This document shows, one piece after another, positions 49,904 through 59,264 of a DNA stretch of 64,000 nt (its first letter is position 1; the number at the start of each line of letters is the position of its first letter). The notes below the pieces were generated by a model that was not told the origin of the DNA, made no database searches, and worked only from the letters and a program-made list of their open reading frames with translations. The stretch spans positions 282,227 through 346,226 of the forward strand of contig JBDRWW010000001.1 in the NCBI GenBank assembly GCA_039802605.1, read 5' to 3'. The DNA is from a candidate division WOR-3 bacterium (GTDB lineage: Bacteria; Hydrothermota; Hydrothermia; LBFQ01). The translations under genes were made by a program, and so were the position numbers.

Positions 49904-50296
49904 AGGGTTTAAGGGTTTTTATAGCATCGTTTATGGGTATAATCGTAGTCGCATCCCCCGGGAAAAAACCGGTGCATATTCCGGATGTAAAGGTTTATAC
50001 CGACTACGACACGCTTAGTATAAATTATCGTATATCTCGGATATGCCAAATGCCCGGATGTGTGCAATTCGGCCCTATTCCTTATAAACTCCGCTTGGGA
50101 AAAATCGGAATGTAAATTCAATCTCGTGTTTATAGGTATAGACCCCAACGAGAGTATTGACGATTTGAAGGACTATACCGGTAAATTTAACAAAGACTTT
50201 ATTGCGGTAAAACCTTTGAGTTATTCTCAACTCAAAAGGGCATTTCCATATTTGTATATTACTACGGAAAAAGGGTTCAAAGGGTTTTTCCAATAG
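49900..50296 (+). pseudogene. SCO1/SenC-like thioredoxin-fold protein apparently split by a frameshift
   Basis: frame A (49900-50115) has signal/TM plus CQMPGC (CxxxC); frame B (50060-50296, +1) has VFIGIDPNESIDDLKDYTGKFNKDFIAVKP resembling the SCO VFISVDPERD...Y region with SCO-like spacing. Confidence 0.3.
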
Positions 50297-50373
50297 GTGT
50301 ATCTTTAACGGATGAACTTATAGAGACTCTGAAAAAAGATGGGTGTTGAAGGCTTTGAAACATCCCAAGACCT

Positions 50374-50634
50374 TTACCCCTTTTTCTTTAACCTATCCGA
50401 TAAGGTTTTATCCGGAATTTTTAAAACCCGCTTTAAAACCGTGAAACTGCAAGGACCCCTTTCAAGCCTCCGCAAAATCTCTTTACTCCACTTACATTTT
50501 ATAACCTTTTCGTAGCAATATACCAAATAATCGTTGTCAATGTTTTTAACAACATCTAAACCGGCCTCGGTTAGCGCGCCGTTACTGTAATCTTTCCCCG
50601 CCAATTTCATCAAAACCCTCAAAGCGTGCTTCAT
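50374..50634 (-). CDS. HxlR-type winged-helix transcriptional regulator (short)
   Basis: CYEKVIKCKWSKEILRRLERGPCSFTVLKRVLKIPDKTLSDRLKK fits the HxlR/DUF24 pattern. Confidence 0.45.
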   Translation of the reverse strand: MKHALRVLMKLAGKDYSNGALTEAGLDVVKNIDNDYLVYCYEKVIKCKWSKEILRRLERGPCSFTVLKRVLKIPDKTLSDRLKKKG

Positions 50635-50697
50635 ATTCTTTGGATATTTTAAAGTTGGAAAATTTAAAATTTACCACTTTAAAATACCTGCTTTTAT

Positions 50698-51759
50698 ATG
50701 AAAAGAACACCCTTTTACGACTATCACAAAAAATTTAAGGCAAAATTTGTAGAATTTGCCGGATATGAGATGCCCCTATTTTATGAGGAACAGGGGATAC
50801 TTGAAGAAACACTATGGACACGAAGTAAGGCCTCACTCTTTGATGTTTCCCATATGGCAAGGTTTTTGGTAAAGGGATCGGATGCAAAAAGCTTTTTGGA
50901 CTATTCCTTTTCAAATTCCTTAGCAAAACTAAAAGGCTCCATTGCGGCCCAATACACATTAATGCTCAACGAAAGGGGAGGAATAATTGACGACGCTTAT
51001 ATATACAAACTTGGAGAAAACGAATACATGGTGGTGGTTAATGCCGCAAATCATGAAAAGGATTGGGAAGTTTTGAACAACAGGAAAAAGGGTTTTAATG
51101 TTAATATGGAAGATATAACCGAGATGATTTCACAGGTGGCATTTCAAGGTCCTTTATCTTTGGAAATAATTTCTAAGATTATTGGAACGGATATAACGAA
51201 TGCAAAGAGGAACAGGGTTTTTAGGTTTGGCGATGTTATCATAACCACCACTGGTTATACCGGAGAAAAGGGTGTGGAAATATACGGAAACTTTGATAAC
51301 ATAAAGGGTTTTGTTGATGAAATCCTAAGGTTTTCGGAGGTTAAATGGGCGGGCTTGGGTGCGAGGGATATTTTGAGGGCAGAAGCCGGATATCCTTTAT
51401 ACGGAAACGATATAAACGAAAACACGGATCCGTTTTCGGCCGATTTGGGATGGGTTGTTTCATTTGATAAAGACTTTGTTGGGAGAAAGGCCCTTGAAGG
51501 TTTTGAACCAAAGGTTAAGAGGAAGGGGTTAATATATGAGGGAAGGGGAATAATTCCGAAAAATGGGGATAAGGTGTTTTATAACGGCGAAGAAGTTGGA
51601 CACATAACCACCGGTGTTTTCTCCCCGAACATATCTTCGGTTATATGCATGGGATACCTGCCAAAAGACCTTATAGGGGAGGTGGTTGTCAAATCGCGTG
51701 GTAGGGATATTGCGATGCGGATAACACACTTCCCATTTGTTAAACTTCCGCAATGGTAG
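50698..51759 (+). CDS. gcvT: glycine cleavage system aminomethyltransferase (T protein)
   Basis: 353 aa; SLFDVSHMARFLVKG motif and GcvT domain order. Confidence 0.85.
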   Translation: MKRTPFYDYHKKFKAKFVEFAGYEMPLFYEEQGILEETLWTRSKASLFDVSHMARFLVKGSDAKSFLDYSFSNSLAKLKGSIAAQYTLMLNERGGIIDDAYIYKLGENEYMVVVNAANHEKDWEVLNNRKKGFNVNMEDITEMISQVAFQGPLSLEIISKIIGTDITNAKRNRVFRFGDVIITTTGYTGEKGVEIYGNFDNIKGFVDEILRFSEVKWAGLGARDILRAEAGYPLYGNDINENTDPFSADLGWVVSFDKDFVGRKALEGFEPKVKRKGLIYEGRGIIPKNGDKVFYNGEEVGHITTGVFSPNISSVICMGYLPKDLIGEVVVKSRGRDIAMRITHFPFVKLPQW

Positions 51760-52511
51760 ATAATGTAATTTTCCTCGATTTGGAAACAACGGGATTGAAT
51801 TTTATAAGGGATAGGATTGTGGAAATAGGTTTGGTTCCGTTGAAAAAAAACGGTAAAAGTGGCAAAAGATTCCTTATAAATCCAAAGATACCCATTAAAA
51901 AGAGGGCTTACATGGTTCACGGTATATCCTTTGAGGATATTAAGGGTAGTCCGTATTTTGAAGATGTTAAGAATGAGGTTTTAAAGATTTTAGACGGAAA
52001 TGTTATTGTGGGTTTCAATGTGTTGAATTTTGACATACCATTTTTAAACTACGAACTTTTTAGGGTGGGGGAAAAGCCTCTATTTAATAGGGTTATAGAC
52101 CTAAAGGAGGTGGCAAAAATCCTGTTTGACGAACCCCCAAATTCTTTGTACTCTTTGGCAAGATTCCTCGGAATAGATGTTAAGAAAATTCACAGGGCGC
52201 TTGAAGATGCCGAAACCACGAGGAAGATATTCATCAAACTTATGGAAATCAAAGGGGAAATATTTGAAGATATGAAAACTTTGGAATCCATAACCTTTTC
52301 ATCCTATCCATATAAATCCCTACAAATTTTAAACTTGGCAAGGGAATATGGGCTTTTAAAGATCAAATATTTCACGAAATTTTCCGGTATCAGGGAATTG
52401 GAAGTTGAACCTTTTATAATCTTAAAGAACATAGTTATGGTAAAGGACTGGTTGGGAAATCCCAAGAAACTCTACATTCCGAGAATTATCCAAGTATCGC
52501 CTTTAAAGTAA
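51753..52511 (+). CDS. DnaQ-like 3'-5' exonuclease (DEDDh) with C-terminal extension
   Basis: 252 aa; Exo I (IFLDLETTGLN), Exo II (VGFNVLNFDIPFL), Exo III (HRALEDAETT). Confidence 0.7.
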   Translation: MVDNVIFLDLETTGLNFIRDRIVEIGLVPLKKNGKSGKRFLINPKIPIKKRAYMVHGISFEDIKGSPYFEDVKNEVLKILDGNVIVGFNVLNFDIPFLNYELFRVGEKPLFNRVIDLKEVAKILFDEPPNSLYSLARFLGIDVKKIHRALEDAETTRKIFIKLMEIKGEIFEDMKTLESITFSSYPYKSLQILNLAREYGLLKIKYFTKFSGIRELEVEPFIILKNIVMVKDWLGNPKKLYIPRIIQVSPLK

Positions 52512-52541
52512 TAAAACTTCCGGGATTATAATAACGGGTGT

Positions 52542-52859
52542 ATGTCCAAGGTATGGCCGGATTGGCATGATAGATACGATTTTGATGAGTTTGCTATTTT
52601 AAAGTTTGTGCCGGAAGAACCCGGGGTTTTCTTGATAAGGAGGAAGTTTTACGATGATTACATGAATTCCATAATAATGATAGATGCCGCGGAAAACCTT
52701 CGCAAAAGGCTTTTGGAGTATATAAACGATCCTCCGGAGGAAATAAGGCAATATTTAAACAAGGGGGAAATCCTTGAATTCGCGTTTTTAAGGACACTTG
52801 ACCCCTATACTATAAAGCATGGCATTGTTGAAGACCTTAGACGTCTTAGGAATCCTTGA
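52542..52859 (+). CDS. hypothetical protein with degenerate GIY-YIG-like segment
   Basis: 105 aa; PGVFLIRRKFYDDYMNSIIMIDAAENLRKRL resembles UvrC/Cho (PGVY...IYVGKAKNLKKRL) with the YIG position degenerate. Confidence 0.3.
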   Translation: MSKVWPDWHDRYDFDEFAILKFVPEEPGVFLIRRKFYDDYMNSIIMIDAAENLRKRLLEYINDPPEEIRQYLNKGEILEFAFLRTLDPYTIKHGIVEDLRRLRNP

Positions 52860-53715
52860 GGATTTTTATACACACCCCCTTTATTCCGGCAAGGGGTTAT
52901 GGAAGGAATTATCGGAGATTATACGCAATATAAAGGATAACTCGCTAAGTGGGATACTAACCTTATCAAGGTTAAACGAGATGATAATATCTTTTTACGA
53001 TTCGGGTAATTTTTTAGAAGGCATAAGCGTTGAGGGTGAAAAGACTTATTCCTTTAATTACGAAGGATTCGTAAAAGGGCTTTCGGCCTCTGCCCGGGTT
53101 AAGTCTTATCATTATAACTTTTACCCCCATAATAGCGAGGTAATAGCGGTAGTTTCTCTAATACACAGGTCCTCCAAGATTATGGAATCCATAACCCCTT
53201 ATCCAACAAAGGTAATGGATGACCTCAAAGATTTGAGGTTTTCCGGAATTCTTAAAATATTTTCACCAAAGCAGGCCTCCGTCGTTTTTTTATCCGGAAC
53301 TTCTTTAATTGCATTTTCAAGGGGCAAAAGTTTGGCAATAAAAGAAATAATTACGGAGGGTAATATATACGAAATGTCCGCATTTTCCGTTGAGGGACCC
53401 TTATCGGAGAGGAATTACGAATACCACTTTAACAACTTTTTACAGAGGCTAAACAGGGTTTACAAAAATTTAAGGAAAAATGACGAAAATTTGCCTATAA
53501 AAATTCGTGAAATTATGATAAAATACGCGGAGGAAGAACCATTCCTAGATCCCATATTGGGTTTTGTGGAACTTGATGGCGAGATTAAAATAAATGCACC
53601 ATTCTATCAGAGCCTAAGGATAATATCCTACCTATGCGATATACTTATGGAAGCGGGAAAAAGGTTTTCCGAGGAACTGGAGGGTATTAAGCGGGATTTG
53701 GAGGATTTATTATGA
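52819..53715 (+). CDS. hypothetical protein with two DUF4388/PATAN-like repeats
   Basis: 298 aa; LSGILTLSRLNEMIISFYDSGNFLEG and FSGILKIFSPKQASVVFLSGTSLIAFSRG repeat pattern. Confidence 0.3.
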   Translation: MALLKTLDVLGILEDFYTHPLYSGKGLWKELSEIIRNIKDNSLSGILTLSRLNEMIISFYDSGNFLEGISVEGEKTYSFNYEGFVKGLSASARVKSYHYNFYPHNSEVIAVVSLIHRSSKIMESITPYPTKVMDDLKDLRFSGILKIFSPKQASVVFLSGTSLIAFSRGKSLAIKEIITEGNIYEMSAFSVEGPLSERNYEYHFNNFLQRLNRVYKNLRKNDENLPIKIREIMIKYAEEEPFLDPILGFVELDGEIKINAPFYQSLRIISYLCDILMEAGKRFSEELEGIKRDLEDLL

Positions 53716-54326
53716 AATGGTTTGCGGGTATATTACTCTCTTCATTGGTTTGGATTACCCTAAGCATTTTGACGGTTATGGATATTTTAAGTTTTAAATC
53801 GGCTACAGATTTGAAGTTAAAAGTTATGAACCTAAGGGAAAACCTTTCCTATGTGGGTATGTATTATGCGCTAAAAAACGATGTATTAATGCAATCCCAT
53901 TTGCACACCTGTAAAAACCTATCCCTGGAAATTGGCGATAGTTCTTTAGTATCTTATACGGATTCTTTGGCTACACTCTTAATTTCTAAGAAATCCTCGC
54001 CATCCGATGTGGAAAGATATATTTCAAAAATTAAAGACTTAACGGGCAAAATGGTTTTGAAGGGTGAAAGGGGTTTGAACTTAATATTTCCGGCAAGTTC
54101 TGTTTTGTTTTTTGTCATAAGCGTTATATTTTCATTATTCGGAATTATTGAAATTAGGAATAATCTGGCCAAAATGGAGAGGTTTATATTGGATCTAAGA
54201 CTTGGAATAGTTTGGGAGAAAGTAGAATTATATGGGGATTTTGGAAGGGTGGGGTCCTTGTTAAACAACCTTATAAGGGATATAAGAAGGGTTCGTACAA
54301 ATGCGCAAAAGATTGCCAGGTCTTGA
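53712..54326 (+). CDS. hypothetical membrane protein
   Basis: 204 aa; two predicted TM helices; ATGA overlap with upstream gene. Confidence 0.3.
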   Translation: MKWFAGILLSSLVWITLSILTVMDILSFKSATDLKLKVMNLRENLSYVGMYYALKNDVLMQSHLHTCKNLSLEIGDSSLVSYTDSLATLLISKKSSPSDVERYISKIKDLTGKMVLKGERGLNLIFPASSVLFFVISVIFSLFGIIEIRNNLAKMERFILDLRLGIVWEKVELYGDFGRVGSLLNNLIRDIRRVRTNAQKIARS

Positions 54327-55527
54327 AAAGGTAAAATTGGCTATAAGGGAGTTTAAACTTATAAATGAAGGGGAGAAAGTTTTGGTGGGTTTTTCGGGTG
54401 GTGCGGATTCCACATATTGCCTGTTGGCACTTATGGAGTTGGGATTTGATGTGAAAGCTTTACATATAAACCACGGTTTAAGGGAAACCGCCAAAAGGGA
54501 TGAGGAATGGTGCATAAACTTTTGTAAGACCATAGGTGTGGATGCTTTTGTTGAAAGGATAAAAATAGAAGGTCATACGGCATTGGAAGAGATGGGAAGG
54601 AAAAAGAGGTATGAAATATTTAGAAGATACGCAAAGGAGTACGGTTTTAACGCCGTCGCCTTGGGACATAACCTTACGGATGCCTTTGAAACATTCCTGT
54701 TTAACTCTTTAAGGGGTAGCGGATTAATGGGTTTGGTATTACCACCCAAAGCGGAGATATTTATAAGGCCTTTGATATTGATGTGTAGGGAGGAAATAAG
54801 GGAGTATTTAAGGGATGCGGGATATGAATGGGTTGAGGATGAGAGCAACCTATCCGATAAATTCAGTAGAAACAGGATAAGGATGTATGTAGAGCCAAAC
54901 CTTCATAAAATTTTTCCGAACTGGTGCGATAGGTTTGCCAATACATATATAAACCTTTGGGAGGAGAGGGAATATTTTCAAAGGTTGTTAGAAGAATTTT
55001 CGGATAAAAATCTGATATTCACCGGTGGAGCGTTTGCGCTGAGGATTTCGGAAGATATACGGTTTTTAAGAACCTTATCCCGAATTCTGGATGTTGAGAT
55101 AAAACCATTAAGGCAGATTTTTTATTTAAAAAACGGCAAATGTTTTGTTATAAAGAACTGGAAAATTTACAGGTTTAATGATTTCTTTGTTGGGTTTAAA
55201 AGGGAGGCAAAATTAGAGGACTTAAACTTAAAGGTGGTAGAGGGTGAAGGCAGATATACCGGTAGGGTTAAAGGTTTGGGTGAAATAATTCTCAGGTTTA
55301 GGAAAGTGGGGGATGCTATAAATTCTAAGAGGTTGGGGGAGATATTCTATAAAAAGAAAATACCAACATTTTTGAGGGATTTTTATCCCATTGTTGAGAT
55401 TAACGGTAAAATTGCTTGGATACCCTTTGTTTATGAAGAAGGTGGAGAAGTAACCGTAGGGCTTGATAGGATAAACCCCAAAATGCCCGATTTCTTTGAT
55501 ATTCTAAGGTTTATGGGGTTGATTTGA
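54301..55527 (+). CDS. tilS: tRNA(Ile)-lysidine synthase
   Basis: 408 aa; PP-loop VGFSGGADS. Confidence 0.8.
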   Translation: MRKRLPGLEKVKLAIREFKLINEGEKVLVGFSGGADSTYCLLALMELGFDVKALHINHGLRETAKRDEEWCINFCKTIGVDAFVERIKIEGHTALEEMGRKKRYEIFRRYAKEYGFNAVALGHNLTDAFETFLFNSLRGSGLMGLVLPPKAEIFIRPLILMCREEIREYLRDAGYEWVEDESNLSDKFSRNRIRMYVEPNLHKIFPNWCDRFANTYINLWEEREYFQRLLEEFSDKNLIFTGGAFALRISEDIRFLRTLSRILDVEIKPLRQIFYLKNGKCFVIKNWKIYRFNDFFVGFKREAKLEDLNLKVVEGEGRYTGRVKGLGEIILRFRKVGDAINSKRLGEIFYKKKIPTFLRDFYPIVEINGKIAWIPFVYEEGGEVTVGLDRINPKMPDFFDILRFMGLI

Positions 55528-55560
55528 GATTCCGATTTATACCCGTTTAAAATACCTACT

Positions 55561-57270
55561 ATGAAGCACAGGATTTTAAGGGAACCCAAAGGTTATAAAA
55601 CCATAACGGAAGCATTTGAAAAATCTGCAAACCAATATAAAGATAGGGTTATGTCAAAGATCAAGATAAATGAGAAATGGGTGGAGTATAAGTACGGAGA
55701 AGTTCTAGGCAATGTCAGAAAGATAGCCGAATATTTAAAGGAAATGGGGGTTAAACCCGGGGATTTCGTAGCCCTTGTTTCCGAAAACCGCCCGGAGTGG
55801 GGATGGGGATATTTGGCAATTCAGTGGATAGGAGGGGTGGTTATACCCCTGGATGCGAGGTTAACGGATGTTGAGAGGAGGTTTTTAATGGATTTTGCAG
55901 GTGTTAAGGGTGTTATATGCTCAAAGGATTACTTGGACGAGATGCTTGAAGGGAAGGATGACTTAAAACTGAACTTTATCCTATGTATGGATGAAAACAA
56001 AAATGTCCCCCATTACCAAGAAGTCTTAAAAAAGTACAAGGGTATTGACCGCTTTGAGGTTGATGGGGAACACTTGGCGGAGATTCTCTTCACATCCGGA
56101 ACAACCGGCTCCCCAAAAGGCGTTATGCTTACGCACCGGAATATTATGAGCGATATTGAAGGGGTATATCAGATCATAGATATAAACGAGGAGGATATAT
56201 TCTTTTCAATCCTACCCCTTCACCATGTTTATGAATGCACGGTGGGATTTATAGCGCCCATTTACATAGGGGCTACCGTGGCTTATGCGAGTTCTTTAAG
56301 GCCAAATGTGATGATACAGGAGATCAAGGAAATTAAACCCACGCTTTGGCTAACCGTGCCGTTAATCCTTGAAAAGATATACCAAAGGATATTAAAAGAG
56401 TTGGGAAACCAGCCACCTATAAGGAAAGTTGTAATAGGGCTTATGAAAAGGTTCTTTAAAGATCGTCTATCCAAAAGGATAAGATCCACATTGGGTTTGG
56501 AAAGGATTAAATACATAGTTTCGGGGGGTGCTGCATTGCCCGTTTGGGTATCAAGGGGTTTGGAAGATTTGGGTTTTCCGATATTACAGGGTTATGGGTT
56601 ATCCGAAACTTCTCCGATATTAACCGTGAATCCCCCACATGCCCCGAGAAATGCTTCCGTTGGTTTGCCCATCCCGGGCGTGGAGATTAAACTATTTGAA
56701 GTTAATGAAAACGGCGAAGGGGAAATAGCGGCAAGAGGTCCCGTGGTTATGAAGGGTTATTACAAAAACGAAAAGGCTACAAAAGAGGTTTTTACGGATG
56801 ACGGTTGGTTTTTAACGGGTGATGTGGGATACTTCGATGGGGATGGATACCTTTACATTACGGGTAGGAGAAAGGCGGTTATCGTTAGCAAAGGGGGTAA
56901 GAACATATATCCCGAGGAAGTAGAAAACAAACTCTTAGAGTCGCCTTATATTGAAGAGGTTTTGGTCTTCGGCGCAAAAAATCCGGATACAGGAGAGGAG
57001 GAGGTTCAGGCCTTGGTATATCCAAACCTTGATGAGGTTAGAAATTTGGCGCATAAATTAAACGCCACCCCCGATGACGAATTTATATACGACTTGATCT
57101 CAAAGGAAATAGAGAGGTTGAGTAAGGATTTGGCACCTTATAAGAGGATAAAGAGGTTTGCTTTAAGGTATGAGGAATTTCCAAAAACTACTACTAGGAA
57201 AATTAAGAGACATCTCTTTGAGGGTGTTTTTATAAAAGTGGGGGAAAAGGTAAAGATAACCGAGCATTGA
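55561..57270 (+). CDS. long-chain-fatty-acid--CoA ligase (AMP-binding enzyme)
   Basis: 569 aa; AMP-binding signature FTSGTTGSPKGVMLTH, and GYGLSETS. Confidence 0.8.
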   Translation: MKHRILREPKGYKTITEAFEKSANQYKDRVMSKIKINEKWVEYKYGEVLGNVRKIAEYLKEMGVKPGDFVALVSENRPEWGWGYLAIQWIGGVVIPLDARLTDVERRFLMDFAGVKGVICSKDYLDEMLEGKDDLKLNFILCMDENKNVPHYQEVLKKYKGIDRFEVDGEHLAEILFTSGTTGSPKGVMLTHRNIMSDIEGVYQIIDINEEDIFFSILPLHHVYECTVGFIAPIYIGATVAYASSLRPNVMIQEIKEIKPTLWLTVPLILEKIYQRILKELGNQPPIRKVVIGLMKRFFKDRLSKRIRSTLGLERIKYIVSGGAALPVWVSRGLEDLGFPILQGYGLSETSPILTVNPPHAPRNASVGLPIPGVEIKLFEVNENGEGEIAARGPVVMKGYYKNEKATKEVFTDDGWFLTGDVGYFDGDGYLYITGRRKAVIVSKGGKNIYPEEVENKLLESPYIEEVLVFGAKNPDTGEEEVQALVYPNLDEVRNLAHKLNATPDDEFIYDLISKEIERLSKDLAPYKRIKRFALRYEEFPKTTTRKIKRHLFEGVFIKVGEKVKITEH

Positions 57271-57298
57271 AATTAAAACGGGGGTATAATATCCAACA

Positions 57299-57748
57299 TT
57301 GAGGAGGAAAATACTCTCACTGGAAATGTCCAATGAACTACTCGTAGAAATGGGAGAGGCGAGGAAATTTTTTAAAGCCGTAATTGATAAATTCACGGCG
57401 GATGATAAACTATCGGAAGATATGATGACGATATTTGATGAGGCCACATCAAACGCCATAAGACATGCATATCCAGAAGGTAAAAGGGGTATAGTTAGGG
57501 TTTCCCTTTACATAGAGGAAAAGAAGAACAAAAAATACTTTGTTTTAACCGTATTTGATAGGGGCGATATACCCAAAGGTTTCCCTATGGACATGAGTAA
57601 TTACGAGGTAAACTTGACCGAATGGTTTAAGAAAGTTGAGAAAATAGGGGGTATAGGGCTTATGGTTATATCGCGCTTGGCCGATAAGGCCTATTGGAAA
57701 AAGGTTTCGGGTGGAAAGTATTTTGTAGTTATAAAAAGGTTTGAATAA
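57299..57748 (+). CDS. anti-sigma regulatory factor-type Ser/Thr kinase (RsbW/SpoIIAB-like HATPase)
   Basis: 149 aa; N-box ATSNAIRHAY and G-box GGIGLMVISRLAD. Confidence 0.6.
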   Translation: MRRKILSLEMSNELLVEMGEARKFFKAVIDKFTADDKLSEDMMTIFDEATSNAIRHAYPEGKRGIVRVSLYIEEKKNKKYFVLTVFDRGDIPKGFPMDMSNYEVNLTEWFKKVEKIGGIGLMVISRLADKAYWKKVSGGKYFVVIKRFE

Positions 57749-59264
57749 AATGGGAAGATTGAGTTTATCGTTTAAATTGTTCCTACTGTTCGGTTTTATC
57801 TTAATTTTGGCCATAGGTGGTTCAATTGTGGTTATAACAAACATAGTATCCCAAAGGGTTCGCAATCAAATAGAACTTAGGGGTGTCTCCTTGGCACTAT
57901 ATCTTTCATCACAGGCCGCCGAAGCATACCTACAAGACGACGATTTAACCTTGGTTAGCATAACAGCGGGTTTGAAAAGGTCAAATCCCGGTGTCCTATC
58001 CGTGGTAGTTGTGAATGACAAGGATATAATAATATCCCACAGCGATAGCATACTTTTAAGGGGGAAAAAGTTTTTCTCTGGGGATATGAGGCTTTATAAA
58101 ACTATATTTGATACCTTAACCGGTGTAACCGTTAACCTTTACGAAAATCACAAGGGGATAGTCGTGGTATCGCCCATGATAGACAGGATAAGGAAGCAGG
58201 TCATGGGTAAGGTTTTCTTAACACTTTCAAAGAGGGACATAACCGAGACGACAAAAAACATATTTTTGGTGTTGATATCAACCGCAATTATAACCATAGG
58301 AATAGGCCTTATCGGAACCATGTTATTTACATATCTGCTTACAAAAAACATAGGTATATTGGTTGAAGATTTAAAAATCATAGGTGAGGGTAATTTGGAT
58401 CATAGGCCGAGGATTTCATCGGGAGATGAGATAGGGCAAATAGCGGACGCCGTGGGTAAAATGGCGGAAAAGTTAAAGGAAGTGCAAACGAGGTTGTTGG
58501 AGACGGAAAAGTTTAAACATGAGGTTGAATTGGCGAGGAGAATACAAAGCGTTTTGCTACCAAGAAGCATACCGAAGATAAAAGGTTTTGAATTTTCCTC
58601 GGCTTATAAACCTGCCCTTTTGGTGGGTGGGGATTATTATGACTTTTTCCGCATGAGGGATGGCCAAATAGGTTTTTTGGTTGCGGATGTTTCCGGAAAG
58701 GGGGTTGCGGGTTCGTTGGTTGTCGTGATGTTCAGATCAATAATACATTCCGAATCGTCAATCTCTTCATCTCCAAAGGAGTTAATGATTAAGGTTCATG
58801 AAAACCTTTTAGGGGAAATCCCCGAAGACATGTATATAACATCCTGTATAGCGGCTTTGAAACCCGATTATAAAACCTTAACCTTGTCTTCGGCCGGGCA
58901 TAACCCACCCATTGTATATAAAGCATCAAAGGAAAAGGCTTTTATGTTGGAACTGGAAGGTTCTCCTCTTGGTTTATCAATTTTAAGCGTTGATGATCTG
59001 GAACAAAACCTCCAAGAATATATGCTAACTATGGAAAAGGGGGATGTAGTGGTTTTATACTCGGATGGTATAACCGAGGCTACAAATTTGAAAAACGAAC
59101 AGTTTGGTGAGGAGAGGTTCTTAAAACTCGTTGAAGGTTTGGCGAAAAGGGATTACTCCGCAAACGATATAAAGGAGGGAATACTTGCGGGTATTAAGGA
59201 CTTTGTTGGGGATACCCCACAATCGGACGATATAACATTGGTGATAATGAAGTGCGTGGAGTAA
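57741..59264 (+). CDS. PP2C-type serine phosphatase (RsbU/SpoIIE family) with N-terminal sensor region, TM helices and HAMP
   Basis: 507 aa; two TM segments flanking a periplasmic-looking region, HAMP-like linker, PP2C core (VGGDYYDFF, VADVSGKGV, LYSDGITEA). Confidence 0.75.
   Translation: MNKMGRLSLSFKLFLLFGFILILAIGGSIVVITNIVSQRVRNQIELRGVSLALYLSSQAAEAYLQDDDLTLVSITAGLKRSNPGVLSVVVVNDKDIIISHSDSILLRGKKFFSGDMRLYKTIFDTLTGVTVNLYENHKGIVVVSPMIDRIRKQVMGKVFLTLSKRDITETTKNIFLVLISTAIITIGIGLIGTMLFTYLLTKNIGILVEDLKIIGEGNLDHRPRISSGDEIGQIADAVGKMAEKLKEVQTRLLETEKFKHEVELARRIQSVLLPRSIPKIKGFEFSSAYKPALLVGGDYYDFFRMRDGQIGFLVADVSGKGVAGSLVVVMFRSIIHSESSISSSPKELMIKVHENLLGEIPEDMYITSCIAALKPDYKTLTLSSAGHNPPIVYKASKEKAFMLELEGSPLGLSILSVDDLEQNLQEYMLTMEKGDVVVLYSDGITEATNLKNEQFGEERFLKLVEGLAKRDYSANDIKEGILAGIKDFVGDTPQSDDITLVIMKCVE

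Noticed and set aside
50060-50296. Independent 78-aa protein starting at GTG 50060
   Set aside because: It is better explained as the +1 continuation of a SCO1/SenC-like gene begun at 49900. It is kept as a pseudogene or frameshift call, not a separate CDS.
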